64,000 nt of DNA from Deinococcus sp. (GTDB lineage Bacteria; Deinococcota; Deinococci; Deinococcales; Deinococcaceae): positions 2,816,001 to 2,880,000 of the forward strand of contig OZ253375.1 in the NCBI GenBank assembly GCA_965261005.1, given 5' to 3'. The position numbers were made by a program, and so were the translations under genes. Every line of letters begins with the position of its first letter. The stretch's first letter is position 1. The notes beneath the pieces are model-generated. The model saw only the letters and a list, made by a program, of their open reading frames with translations, ran no database searches and was not told the DNA's origin. Of this stretch, positions 30,862 through 43,697 are shown in pieces.

Positions 30862-31552
30862 CCGCCCTTCCGACGCGGCGCGCGAGTTGCGCGTGCAGCG
30901 CGGCGTCAACCGCCACGCCGAGGGGTCGGCGTTCTTGGAACTGGGCCATACCCGGGTGCTGGTAACCCTCAGCTTGGAGAACAAGGTTCCCTTCCACCTG
31001 CGCGGCCAAAAGACCGGCTGGCTGATGGCCGAGTACGACATGCTGCCCCGGGCTACCCACGAGCGGGTTTCCCGCGAGCGCAACGCGCAGGGAGGGCGCC
31101 GCCAAGAGATTCAGCGGCTGCTGGGCCGGTCGCTGCGTAGCGCGGTGGACCTCGACCTCTTCCGGGGCAAGACCCTGGTGGTGGACGCCGACGTGTTGCA
31201 GGCCGACGGCGGCACGCGCGTCGCCAGCTTGCTCGGCGCCTACGCCGCGCTGTTCGACTTCGCCGACCGGCAGGTGAGGGCCGGCAAGCTCTCGGAGTGG
31301 CCGCTGCGGCACGAGGTGGGCGCCGTTTCGGTGGGTGTGGTGGACGGTGAACTGCGGCTCGACCTCAACTACGCCGAGGACGCCCGCGCCACGGCCGACC
31401 TCAACGTGGTGGCGACGGCGGACGGGCAGCTCTTGGAGGTGCAGGGGGGCGCCGAGGGCGAGCCGCTCGCGCCTGAGCGTTTCGCGGCGATGGTGGCGCT
31501 GGGGTTGAGCGGCGTGGCCGCGCTGCTAGAGCGGTTGCGCGCTCAACTCTAA
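30848..31552 (+). CDS. rph: Ribonuclease PH
   Basis: AEGS, AEYDMLPRAT, EIQRLLGRSLR, QADGGTR, DLNYAED motifs. Confidence 0.95.
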   Translation: MLRADRPSDAARELRVQRGVNRHAEGSAFLELGHTRVLVTLSLENKVPFHLRGQKTGWLMAEYDMLPRATHERVSRERNAQGGRRQEIQRLLGRSLRSAVDLDLFRGKTLVVDADVLQADGGTRVASLLGAYAALFDFADRQVRAGKLSEWPLRHEVGAVSVGVVDGELRLDLNYAEDARATADLNVVATADGQLLEVQGGAEGEPLAPERFAAMVALGLSGVAALLERLRAQL

Positions 31553-31553
31553 A

Positions 31554-31667
31554 ACCCTATCCGGAAAGTGGGGCGAGCTTACGCCAGATGATAGACGCTT
31601 ACTTTTCTCGCGTGGCTTTTCGATTGCGTCGTCAAGCCCTGATGCCATCACACTTTCTGGATAGGGT
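31554..31667. mobile_element. MITE-like element with 17 bp terminal inverted repeats
   Basis: ACCCTATCCGGAAAGTG ... CACTTTCTGGATAGGGT (16/17 match), 114 bp. Confidence 0.65.
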
Positions 31668-31734
31668 CGAAGGCGACACAATCCCCTCACCCGCTAACCA
31701 CACCTTCACTGCCAGCATCAATCCCTATTCGCAG

Positions 31735-32952
31735 TTATGTGAGCCGCAGGGGCAAAGTTTCCAAGCTGCGGACCACCGAGCCACTACGCCATCTCAACTC
31801 CCTGTCTATCAGCTGAAGCTTGGGATAGCGTTGCCGGAGGCTGGACAGCGCAAGCTGCATTTCCAAACGCACCAGCGGCGCCCCCAGGCAGTAATGAATG
31901 CCCATGCCAAAGGCTAGATGGGCCATGTGTGAATTACCAGCGCGTGTCAGGTCCAGCTCATTGGGTCGGGCGAATGCCATCGGGTCACGGTTAGCTGAGC
32001 CGATCCACAGCCAGACCAGCTCACCGGCCTGGATGTGTTGGCCGCCCAGTTCCAGGTCCTGACTGGCTCGCCGGACCGCGTACTGAAAGGGACTTTCGAA
32101 CCTCAGCAGCTCCTCGCTGGCCTGTTCGGCGGTGACCGATGTGTGGCCCAATGCTGCCCAACTCGCGGGACGGCATAGCAGCGTGAACACGGCGTTGCCC
32201 AGGCCCGCGCTCGTGGTGTCGTACCCCCCGGTCAGCAGGGTGACCAGATGAGCGTTCAACTCCCCGTCTGTCAGAGCGTCGCCCTCGTCGTGCGCTTGCA
32301 CCAGCACGCTGATCAGATCGTCCTGCGGCTGGACACGGCGTTGCTGGGCGATGTCTTGAAGGTAGGCCACCAGCTTCTAAAGATTGAGCATGCTTTGCAG
32401 TGATGGCTGAAGGTCAAACAGGCCCTCTGAAAGCTGACGGAACAGCGGCCAGTCGGCCTTGGGAACGCCCATGAGCAAGGCAATCGCCATCAGCGGTAGC
32501 GGCGCGGCGAAGTCGGCAATGAAGTCGAACTCCCCTTTGCGCTCGACTGTGAGTAGGAGATCGTCCACCACGGCCTGAAGCTGGGGTCGCAATGCCTGAA
32601 TTCGCCGAGGCAAGAAGGCAGGTGCAACCAGCTTGCGAAGACGGGTGTGATCGGGAGGATCGGCGGTCAGCAGCGAACCATTGACCACTGCCCAGAATTG
32701 GCGGGTCAATTCATCGGTTTCCCACGGCTGGGGCGTGGGAAGAACGTCTCGACTGGACAGTCGGAGATCCTTGAGTGCTGGGCCGATATCGGCGTGGTGC
32801 GTCAGATGCCATCCTGGCGGTCCCCAGCCACTTTCGGCGCGCAAGCAGCGTCCCGCCGCGCGCAGTTTGGCGTACAGCGGGTAAGGATCGGCCAGAGCCG
32901 TAGGTTCAGAGCCAGTTAGACGCCCCACGAGTTCAGACACGGTGTCGTTCAT
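31735..32952 (-). pseudogene. Cytochrome P450 with an in-frame TAG at 32377-32379
   Basis: DPPDHTRLRK before the stop; GGYDTT, EELLR and FGMGIHYCLG after it; both ORFs share one frame. Confidence 0.9.
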
Positions 32953-33001
32953 ACACTCCTCCAGATTCGGCGCTGGAGCCGAGGAGAGCTATCATGACAC
33001 T

Positions 33002-33475
33002 GTGAAGAAGAAGTTTGGTGAGGATATTACTTCCCAGAAGAGTAATACGCGAGAAGAGGCTTTGGAAGCGTTCACCCGGCTGAGTGCGTCTCTACACGCC
33101 CTGAACACACGAATCTCAGTGGAAACAAAGCTCACCATGTCTGAACTCAGCGCCAGTGAACATCTGCGGCTCGATGGCCCCTTAACCCCCAGGGACATTT
33201 CTAAGCGCATTCACCTGAGCACTGGGGCGACGACGGGCATGCTGGACCGGCTAGAGCAGCGGGGTTTTGTGCGGCGCGCCCCACATCCTACGGATCGGCG
33301 GAGCGTGCTGGTGTACTACCAGGAACGGGACAATCCCAGCATCGCCCGCTTGAATGACCTCGACGAGCGGCTCAGCGCCCGGCTGGCACAGCTCAGCGAA
33401 TCTGAGCGGGCGACCATCATCACATTCTTGAGAGGCGTGACAAACGACGTCTCTGGGACGATTGACCGCGAGTAG
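33002..33475 (+). CDS. MarR-family regulator, divergent from the P450
   Basis: LSTGATTGMLDRLEQRGFVRRAPHPTDRRS; TATCAT 6 nt before GTG. Confidence 0.88.
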   Translation: MKKKFGEDITSQKSNTREEALEAFTRLSASLHALNTRISVETKLTMSELSASEHLRLDGPLTPRDISKRIHLSTGATTGMLDRLEQRGFVRRAPHPTDRRSVLVYYQERDNPSIARLNDLDERLSARLAQLSESERATIITFLRGVTNDVSGTIDRE

Positions 33476-33524
33476 GGATTGATTCTGGCGGTGGAGATGT
33501 GGTTAGGGAACTATTGATACCGCC

Positions 33525-33850
33525 CTAAGTTAACAACGGTTGAAAGGCGTGGAGAAGCTTGTTGGGGAGGTGGGCGGAGCGGAATCGTTGCCAGCCGGTT
33601 CGCAGCTTGGCCTTGAGTTCGGCAAGGTCGTGGATGGCGGCGGGGGACTTGACGGTGGCTTGAGCGGGAAACGGTCGGTCCTTGGCTTCGAGGAACAGAT
33701 CGAGGAAGACGCGCAACGAGTCGCGGTGCTGCTTGCGAGCGAAGCCCTTAAGGATGGTTGATGCTTCGCGCGACCCGTTGGGAGTGACAGAGCGTTTTTG
33801 GCACAAGCACGAAACGTGAGCCGGGAGTACTTAGCTGGCTTTTCACATGT
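33525..33850 (-). mobile_element. Degraded transposase remnant (IS701-like N-terminal fragment, possibly chimeric)
   Basis: HRDSLRVFLDLFLEAKDRPFP...KSPAAI resembles the IS701-type N-terminus; no catalytic domain; recognised from memory only. Confidence 0.4.
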
Positions 33851-33880
33851 CGGTGCGCGGCCGTGCGCTACACTCTGGCC

Positions 33881-34501
33881 GTGAACGCAACGCTCGACCG
33901 CGTCGTCCTGGCCACCTCCAACACGGGCAAAGTTCAAGAACTGCAAGAGGCGCTGGCCCCGTTGCGCTGGCACTTCGCGCCGCTGGGTGGCCTCGCCATG
34001 CCCCCCGAGGACGCCTCGACCTACGAGGAAAACGCCGCCCTCAAGGCCTGCACCATCGCCATCCGCAGCGGCCTCCCGGCCCTCGCCGACGATTCGGGTT
34101 TGGAGGTCGCGGCCCTCAGCGGCGAGCCGGGCGTCTACAGCGCGCGTTTCGGCGGGCGGGCAAACGACACCGAGCGCAATCTCTACCTGCTGGAGCGTTT
34201 GCGGCGCATTCCCCCCGAGCAGCGCGCCGCCAAGTTCGTCTCGGTGGTCGTGCTGGCCTACCCCGACGGCCACCTGGAGGCGTACCGGGGCGAGGTCGAG
34301 GGGCGCATTCTGGAGGGGCCGCGCGGCCAGGGGGGCTTCGGCTACGACCCCCTCTTTGAGGTGGCGGGGCTGGGGCGCAGCATGGCCGAGCTGGACGTCG
34401 CCGAAAAGCGGGCGGTGTCCCACCGTGGCCGCGCCCTGGCCGCCCTGCTGGCGGCCCACAAAAACGGGCCGCCGCGCCGCGAGGTCAGCGTTCTCGAATG
34501 A
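33881..34501 (+). CDS. rdgB: Non-canonical purine NTP pyrophosphatase
   Basis: ATSNTGK, ENAALKA, DDSGL, GFGYDP, SHR motifs. Confidence 0.95.
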   Translation: MNATLDRVVLATSNTGKVQELQEALAPLRWHFAPLGGLAMPPEDASTYEENAALKACTIAIRSGLPALADDSGLEVAALSGEPGVYSARFGGRANDTERNLYLLERLRRIPPEQRAAKFVSVVVLAYPDGHLEAYRGEVEGRILEGPRGQGGFGYDPLFEVAGLGRSMAELDVAEKRAVSHRGRALAALLAAHKNGPPRREVSVLE

Positions 34502-35515
34502 CTACTGCGTACTTCTAGGGTCGAGCACGTCGCGCAGACCGTCCCCCAGCAAGTTGAAGCCCAGTACCGTCAGCAGAATGGCCAGGCCCGGAAAGAGCAT
34601 GGTCCACGGCGCGCTGCCGTAGTAGTCCTTGGCGTCGGCGATCATGGTGCCCCACTCGGGGGCGGGCGGGGTGGCGCCCAAGCCCAGAAAGCCCAGCGCG
34701 GCCACCTCGATGGTGGCGGTGGCGATGGACAAACTCCCCTGCACGATCAGGGGCGTCAGGCTGTTGGGCAGCACGTGACGCCACATGATGCGCCCGCCCC
34801 CAGCCCCCAGTGCCCCGGCGGCCTGCACGAACTCGCGCTCGCGCACCGACAACACCACCGAGCGCGCGAGGCGCACGTACACCGGAATCTGCACGACCGA
34901 CACCGCCAGCATGGCGCCGTACAGCCGCACGTCCACGCCGCGCGCCGCGAGCCAGTTGATGAAGCCCTCGAAGCCGCCCACCCCCGGCCCTGTGCTCACC
35001 GGGATAATCGCCACGATGATAATGGCGAGCAGAATGCTGGGAAAGGCCAGCAGCAAGTCCGACAGGTAGCCGGTGACGTTGTCGAACCAGCCGCCGAAGT
35101 AGCCCGAGACCACCCCCAGCAGGCTGCCGACGATCATGGCGGCCAGCGTGGCGATCAGGCCGACTTGCAGCGAGATGCGCGCGCCGTGGAGAACGCGCAC
35201 GGCGATGTCGCGCCCCAGGTTGTCGGTGCCGAAGGGATGTTTGAAGTAGCTGACCCCGCCGGCGTCATTTTTGTATTGCTCGCGCACGGCCGGATTCCAC
35301 AGCGCGATCAAGCTGGGCGGTACCAAGCGGTCGGTGTAGGAGCGGTCGGTGGTCGGGTCGTAGGGCCGGAGCAGCGGGGCGAGCAGGGCCAACAGCACGA
35401 AGAAGATGACGATTACGCCGCCGGTCTTGCCCGGCAGGGACTTGCGAAAGCGGCGCCAGAAGATGTTCTGGCTTGTGCGCCGTTCGGGCGTGGGCGTTGG
35501 GGCGGTGGTGGTCAA
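34502..35515 (-). CDS. Peptide ABC transporter permease (DppC/OppC)
   Basis: GTDNLGRD, EAA-like loop, PEWG motifs. Confidence 0.92.
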   Translation of the reverse strand: MTTTAPTPTPERRTSQNIFWRRFRKSLPGKTGGVIVIFFVLLALLAPLLRPYDPTTDRSYTDRLVPPSLIALWNPAVREQYKNDAGGVSYFKHPFGTDNLGRDIAVRVLHGARISLQVGLIATLAAMIVGSLLGVVSGYFGGWFDNVTGYLSDLLLAFPSILLAIIIVAIIPVSTGPGVGGFEGFINWLAARGVDVRLYGAMLAVSVVQIPVYVRLARSVVLSVREREFVQAAGALGAGGGRIMWRHVLPNSLTPLIVQGSLSIATATIEVAALGFLGLGATPPAPEWGTMIADAKDYYGSAPWTMLFPGLAILLTVLGFNLLGDGLRDVLDPRSTQ

Positions 35516-35544
35516 GGGCAGCTCCTTTTTGTGGAAGTGAACGC

Positions 35545-36582
35545 TTAACGGTACTGAATGCGCGGATCGAGAAAGGCGTAGCTGAGGTCCACCACCAAGT
35601 TCACCACCGACACGACCAGGGCCGCGAAGATGACACCTGCCTGAATCACCGGATAGTCGCGGTTGGAGATGCCATCAAAAACCCACGACCCGAGGCCCGG
35701 CCAGGAAAAGATAGTCTCGGTCAGCACGGCGCCCCCCAGCAGCACGCCCACCTGAAGGCCGATAATGGTCACGACCGGCAGAAGGGCGTTGCGCAGCGCG
35801 TGCTTGAGGACCACCCGGCCGCGCGTCAGGCCCTTGGAGGTGGCGGTGCGGACGTAGTCCTGGCCCAGCACCTCCAGCATGCTGGAGCGGGTGATGCGCG
35901 CGATGATGGCCATCGGAATGGTGCCGAGGGCGATGGCCGGCAAAATCAGGTGGCGAATGCCGTCCCAGACGTTGCTGAACTGGCCGCGCAGCAAGCTGTC
36001 GAGCACGTACAGCCCGGTGAGGGGCTGGTAATCGGCCCCCACCGCGTAGCGCGCGCTGGCCGGCAGCCAGCCCAGCCGCACCGCGAAGAAGTAGGACAGC
36101 AGCAAACCCAGCCAAAACACCGGGATCGAGACCCCGATGAGGCTGATGGTGGTGGCGAAGTTGTCCCAAAAGCCGTTGCGCCGCAGCGCCGCCACGATGC
36201 CCGCCGGCAAACCGACCAGCAGCGCGAACAGCAGCGCCGCCAGCGACAGCTCCACCGTGGCCGGAAAGCGGCTCCTCAGCTCGCCCACCACCGGAATCTG
36301 GCTCTTGATGCCGCGCCCGAGGTCGCCGCGCGCCAGTTGGCCCACGAAGCGCGGGTACTGCGCGTCCAGCAGGTGGGCCGGGTCCGAAAAGTTCAGAAAC
36401 ACCGGCTTGTCGAGGCCAAGCTGGGTCCGCAGGGCGGCCACCGCTTCGGGGCTGCCGCGCTCGCCCAGAATGACCACCGCCGGGTCGCCGGGAATGGCGC
36501 GAATCAGCCCAAAGACCAGCAGCGAGATGCCCACGATCACGGCCAGCGTGCGCAGCAGGCGCCGAATCACGTATGCGCTCAA
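35545..36582 (-). CDS. Peptide ABC transporter permease (DppB/OppB)
   Basis: PGDPA, DYVRTA, TETIFSWPGLG, DPRI motifs. Confidence 0.92.
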   Translation of the reverse strand: MSAYVIRRLLRTLAVIVGISLLVFGLIRAIPGDPAVVILGERGSPEAVAALRTQLGLDKPVFLNFSDPAHLLDAQYPRFVGQLARGDLGRGIKSQIPVVGELRSRFPATVELSLAALLFALLVGLPAGIVAALRRNGFWDNFATTISLIGVSIPVFWLGLLLSYFFAVRLGWLPASARYAVGADYQPLTGLYVLDSLLRGQFSNVWDGIRHLILPAIALGTIPMAIIARITRSSMLEVLGQDYVRTATSKGLTRGRVVLKHALRNALLPVVTIIGLQVGVLLGGAVLTETIFSWPGLGSWVFDGISNRDYPVIQAGVIFAALVVSVVNLVVDLSYAFLDPRIQYR

Positions 36583-36650
36583 ACGAGACCTCCGAATACA
36601 GAAAGGGGTCGGGCATACAGCCCGACCCCACAGTGTAGAGCGTTCTGGAC

Positions 36651-38231
<1,581 letters not shown>

Positions 38232-38316
38232 GGGTTCTCCTTGAGGCCGAACGGGTCGGCTATTGAGCTGTCTTGATGGTCGAGTCTAGCAAATGCTTTA
38301 TGAGGTAAAAATGTGC

Positions 38317-39059
<743 letters not shown>

Positions 39060-39063
<4 letters not shown>

Positions 39064-39860
39064 AGGCTTTCCCGCGCTTCCTCTTTGCCGTACTCGCCGG
39101 CCGCCGCGCCGCGCCCCAGGTAGGCCTCGATCACGCGCGGGTCGTTGCGGACCTCGCGCGGCAGGCCCTCGGCGATCTTGGAGCCGTAGTCGAGCACCGT
39201 GATGTGCTCGCTGAGGGTCATCACCAGGCGCATGTCGTGCTCGATCAGGACCACCGTCACGCCCAGGTCGTCGCGCAGGCGGCGGATCAGCCCCTTGGCG
39301 GCCTCGGTCTCGGAGGGGTTCATGCCGGCGGTCGGCTCGTCGAGCAGCAACAGCTGAGGATCCGTCGCCAGCGCACGCGCGATCTCCAAGCGGCGTTGGT
39401 CGCCGTAGGGCAGGTTGGTGGCGAACTCCCCCCGCAGCCCCCGTAGCCCCACGAAGTCCAGCAGCTCGCGCGCCCGCGCGTGTCCGGCGCGCTCGTCCTC
39501 GTGAAAGCGCCCGGTGCGCAGCAGGGCGTCCAGAAAGTTCGCCCTCAGGCGCGGGTGGCAGCCCACCAGCACGTTTTCCTCGGCGGTCATGGAGGGAAAC
39601 AGGCGGATGTTCTGAAAGGTGCGCGCGATGCCGGCGGCCGTCACCTGGTCGGGCCGCAACCCCACCAGGTTCTTGCCGTTCAGCTCGATGGCGCCGCTGC
39701 TCGGCAGGTAGATGCCGGTGATCATGTTGAAAAAGGTGGTCTTGCCGGCCCCGTTCGGCCCGATCACCGAGATAATGGTCTTGTCGGGCACGCTCAGGTC
39801 CACATGGTCCACGGCCGTCAGGCCGCCGAAGTTCTTGGTGAGGCCGCGCACCGCCAGCAT
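39060..39860 (-). CDS. livG: Branched-chain amino acid ABC ATPase
   Basis: GPNGAGKTT, RTFQNIRLF, LPYG, IEHDM motifs. Confidence 0.9.
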
Positions 39861-41278
39861 CAGCGCTCCCCCTCCTCGCGCTCGTTTTCCCCATGGGTCG
39901 CCATGCCCGGCGAGTACACGTCCGAGCCGGCCCCCAGCAGCTCGCCGCCCGCCCCGCTCGCGTTCGCGGCGTCGAGTGAGCTGGGCGCCGGCTCACCCTC
40001 CAGCTCGTCCTCGTGCATCTCGCGCCGCCGCCTGACCGTGGGCAGCAGCCCCTCGGGCCGGAACAGCATCATCAGCACCAGGATGATGCCGAAGGTGAAG
40101 CGCTGGTACTGCGCCGGGTCGAGCTGCGGATTTAAATTCGGAAAGGCGCCCTGCAACGACTCCGACAGCGAGGGCAGGAGGTTGAGGTTGAGCAGCGTCA
40201 CCACCGTCGCGCCCAGGATCACGCCCGGAATGCTGCCCATGCCGCCCAGGATGACCATGCTCAGGACGCCGATGGATTGAAAGAAGTTAAAGGACTCCGG
40301 TGAAATGAAAGCCTGCTTGGCCGCGAAGACCATGCCCATGATGCCGGCGAAGGAGGCCCCGGTCGCAAAGGCGAGCAGCTTGGTCCGCACCAGCGGGACG
40401 CCCATCGCCTGTGCGGCGATCTCGTCCTCGCGAATGGCGATCCACGACCTCCCGATGCGCGAGTTGTCCAGCCGCACGTTCACCACGATCACCACCGCGA
40501 TGATGATCAGGACCAGGAAGTACAGGAAAAAGAGGTTGAACTGCGCGGGCGCGAAGCCCAGCCGCGCCGCGAGGCTGTCCAGCCACGGCACCGGGGCCGA
40601 CTTGATGGGGTTGAGGCCCTGCGAGCCGTTGGTGTACTTGTTCAGGTTGGTCGCCAGCACCCGGATGACCTCGCCCAGGCCGAGGGTCACGATGGCGAGG
40701 TAGTCGCCGCGCAGCTTGAGAACCGGCAAGCCGATCAGGATGCCCACAATCGCCGCCGCCGCGATGGCGAGGATCAGGAACAGCCAGAAGTAAGAGCCGC
40801 CAATGCCGTTCGCCAGCGCCGCGCTGCCGGTCAGCTGGCCGATCTGCGGCGAGGCGAAGATGCCCCACACGTAGGCGCCCACCGCAAAAAAGGCCACGTA
40901 GCCGAGGTCGAGTAAGCCCGCCAGCCCCACCACGATGTTGAGGCCAAGCGCGAGCGCCGCGAAGATGCCGATCTGAATGGCGAGGTCGAAGATGCCCGAG
41001 TTGTTCTGCCCCACCCACGGCATCACGACCAGCAGGCTCAGGGCGACCACGGCCAGCTTGACGGCGGGCGCCGCCCGCCATTGGTAGGCGAACAACACGT
41101 TGGCGAGGAACAGCACCAACAGGGCCGAGGTGGTGATCGAGGGCAAGGTCGGGCCGGGCAGCCCGAAGCTCGCGAGGGCGTTTTCGAGCCACAGCAGCAG
41201 CAGACTGCTGACCAGGGCGTAGCCGGCCAGCAGCCAGGTGCGGTCGGGCCTCGGGGAGGTTCTGACCAAGGCGCTCAT
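39860..41278 (-). CDS. livM: Branched-chain amino acid ABC permease
   Basis: GLAGLLDLGYVAF, LRGDYLAIVTLG motifs. Confidence 0.9.
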   Translation of the reverse strand: MSALVRTSPRPDRTWLLAGYALVSSLLLLWLENALASFGLPGPTLPSITTSALLVLFLANVLFAYQWRAAPAVKLAVVALSLLVVMPWVGQNNSGIFDLAIQIGIFAALALGLNIVVGLAGLLDLGYVAFFAVGAYVWGIFASPQIGQLTGSAALANGIGGSYFWLFLILAIAAAAIVGILIGLPVLKLRGDYLAIVTLGLGEVIRVLATNLNKYTNGSQGLNPIKSAPVPWLDSLAARLGFAPAQFNLFFLYFLVLIIIAVVIVVNVRLDNSRIGRSWIAIREDEIAAQAMGVPLVRTKLLAFATGASFAGIMGMVFAAKQAFISPESFNFFQSIGVLSMVILGGMGSIPGVILGATVVTLLNLNLLPSLSESLQGAFPNLNPQLDPAQYQRFTFGIILVLMMLFRPEGLLPTVRRRREMHEDELEGEPAPSSLDAANASGAGGELLGAGSDVYSPGMATHGENEREEGER

Positions 41279-42261
41279 ACCTTTTCCGTCTCATTCCGCC
41301 CGAGCAAGCCCGACGGCCGGAACATCAGGATCAGGATCAGGGCCAAAAAGGCGCCGATGTCCTTGTACTCCGCCCCGATGGCGCCCAGCCACGCCAGCGG
41401 CTTGAAGAGCGCGCCGAAAATGCTCAGCACGCCGATCAGGGTTTCGAGCAGGCCCAGCACCAGGCCGCCCAGCACCGCCCCCGGAATCGAGCCGATGCCG
41501 CCGAGCACGGCGGCGGTAAAGGCCTTGATGCCGGGAATGATGCCGCTGTAGGCGTTGACGGTCCCGAACTGCATCCCGAACAGCACGCCGCCCACCCCGC
41601 CCAGGGCGCCGCCGATCAGAAAGGTGAGCGCGATGATACGGTCGCCGTCGATGCCCATCAGGGCGGCCGTTTGGCGGTCCTGCGCCACCGCCCGGATGGC
41701 GCGGCCCAGCTTGGTGGAGCTGACCACGTAGTTGAGCGCCAGCAGCATCAGCACCGCGATCACGATCAGCAGGATGTCCTTGACCTGAAAGTTGACGCCC
41801 AAGGTGGTCACGAAGGCGGGCACCGGGATGTTCTGCGCGAAGCCCTGCGGCAGGGTGTAGACCAAGTTGAAGCGGCCCTGCAAGCCTTCCAGCAGCTTGA
41901 GCACGTCCTGCAAGACCAAGCTCACGCCGATGGCCGAGATCAGCGGCACCAGGCGCGGCGCCCCCCGCAGCGGGCGGTAGGCCAGGCGCTCGATCAGCAC
42001 GTTGAGGAGGCCCGCGACCAGCATCGCCGCGACCAGCGCGACCAGCAGCTTGAGGTAGCCGTTCAGCGGCGAGGGCGCCAGCAGCCGGAAGGCCTCGAAG
42101 CCCACCACCGCCCCCGTCACGAACACCTCCGAGTGCGCGAAGTTGATCAGCTGTAACACGCCGTACACCATGGTGTAGCCCAGCGCGATCACGGCGTACA
42201 CGAAGCCGATGATCAGGCCCGACACCAGCACCTGCGCCAAGATTGAGGGAAGTAGCTCCAC
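41275..42261 (-). CDS. livH: Branched-chain amino acid ABC permease
   Basis: ALGYTMVYGVLQLINFAH, KAFTAAVLGGIG motifs. Confidence 0.9.
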   Translation of the reverse strand: MELLPSILAQVLVSGLIIGFVYAVIALGYTMVYGVLQLINFAHSEVFVTGAVVGFEAFRLLAPSPLNGYLKLLVALVAAMLVAGLLNVLIERLAYRPLRGAPRLVPLISAIGVSLVLQDVLKLLEGLQGRFNLVYTLPQGFAQNIPVPAFVTTLGVNFQVKDILLIVIAVLMLLALNYVVSSTKLGRAIRAVAQDRQTAALMGIDGDRIIALTFLIGGALGGVGGVLFGMQFGTVNAYSGIIPGIKAFTAAVLGGIGSIPGAVLGGLVLGLLETLIGVLSIFGALFKPLAWLGAIGAEYKDIGAFLALILILMFRPSGLLGRNETEKV

Positions 42262-42361
42262 GCCGCTCCTTTTTTCCGGTTAAAACCCTACAGATTGGAA
42301 ACTCTACAAAACGGGGCCGAGCGTGAACTCGGCCCTGCTAAAACTAAACCTGTTTGCCTGC

Positions 42362-43525
42362 TTACTTGATCGGCGCCTTGGCGTCAACGGTGTTGACGAG
42401 GTTGTACTTCTTCATGTCGTCGGCCACCTTCATGATATAGACCTTCGCCACGTCACGGTCGCCGACGGAGTTGAACTTCACTTCGCCGGACAACAGGCCG
42501 GTGGCGTCCACGCCGCGAATGGCCTTTTCCACCTGCGCGCGGCTGGGCAGCTTGCCGCCGTTCATCTTGACGGCGTCCATCATGCCCGCCAGCACGACCT
42601 TGGCCGCGTCGTAGCCGAAGGCGCCGAAGCCCTGAGCGGGCTTGCTGAAAGCCTTTTGGTAGTTGTCGGCGAACGTCTTCGCGCTGGGCAGCGTATCAAC
42701 CGGCGCGGCGACCGTCGTGAAGTAGATGTTCTGAGCGCCCTTGCCCGCGATGGTGAGCAAAGAGCTGGAGTCGTAGCCGTCGCCGCCCATCAAGGGCACA
42801 TTGACACCCGCCTCGCGCAGTTGCTTGGCGAACACGCCGGTCTGGTCGTAGATGCCGCCGAAGTAGATCACGTCGGGCTTGAGCGCCTTGATCTTGATCA
42901 CGAGGGGCTGGAAATTGCTCTTTTCCTCGGTGCCCTCGGAGCCGAGGACCTTGACGCCGTTGGCCTTGAGGTACTTCTCGACCTCGGCCGACAGCCCCTC
43001 GCCGTAGGCGGTCTTATCGTTGAGGACGTAGGCGGTCTTGGCCTTGAGGGTGCCCGCGATGTAGCGCCCGGCCTCGCGGCCCTGAACGTCGTCACGAACG
43101 ACGATGCGGTTCATGTTGGCGAGGCCCCGGTCGGTCACTTGGTTGGCGGTGTTGGCGGGGGAGACCATCGCGAGGTTGCTCGACTCCAGCGCCTTGGAGG
43201 CGGGAATGGCCACGCCCGAGTTGAGGGTGCCGACCACCGCGAGAATCTGCTTGTCGGCCGCGATCTTGCGGGCGGCGGCGGTGCCGGTGGTGGGGTCAGC
43301 TTGGTCGTCGTAACCGACCACCTGCAAATCGAAGCCCATCTTCTTAAAGGCGGCCTTGGCCTCGTTGACGGCCAAGGTGGCGCCGTTCTTGATCTGGGTG
43401 CCGAGGTCGGATTGCCCGCCCGAGAGGGGCGACAGGGTGGCGATCTTGATGGTCTGCTGCGCGTAGGCGCTGCCCAGCGACAGCGCGCCCGCGAGCATCA
43501 TGGTCATCAGGCCGGTTTTCTTCAT
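42362..43525 (-). CDS. Branched-chain amino acid ABC substrate-binding protein
   Basis: Signal peptide, PLSG, DDQADP, DKTAYGEGL; first gene of the liv operon. Confidence 0.9.
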   Translation of the reverse strand: MKKTGLMTMMLAGALSLGSAYAQQTIKIATLSPLSGGQSDLGTQIKNGATLAVNEAKAAFKKMGFDLQVVGYDDQADPTTGTAAARKIAADKQILAVVGTLNSGVAIPASKALESSNLAMVSPANTANQVTDRGLANMNRIVVRDDVQGREAGRYIAGTLKAKTAYVLNDKTAYGEGLSAEVEKYLKANGVKVLGSEGTEEKSNFQPLVIKIKALKPDVIYFGGIYDQTGVFAKQLREAGVNVPLMGGDGYDSSSLLTIAGKGAQNIYFTTVAAPVDTLPSAKTFADNYQKAFSKPAQGFGAFGYDAAKVVLAGMMDAVKMNGGKLPSRAQVEKAIRGVDATGLLSGEVKFNSVGDRDVAKVYIMKVADDMKKYNLVNTVDAKAPIK

Positions 43526-43697
43526 ACGTCCTCCACTGAAAGCGCCGCCTCGGAGGCGCCGATTTGCGAATTGCCACAGTCTAGGGGCGACTTCATGAAT
43601 TGTCAATGTAAATAGCAGAGTGGCTTATCGAAAAACTGCCGTTAGAGACATCATTTCTAGCGGTTTTCGAAGTTTGCCTGGCCTCATGTTTATACAT

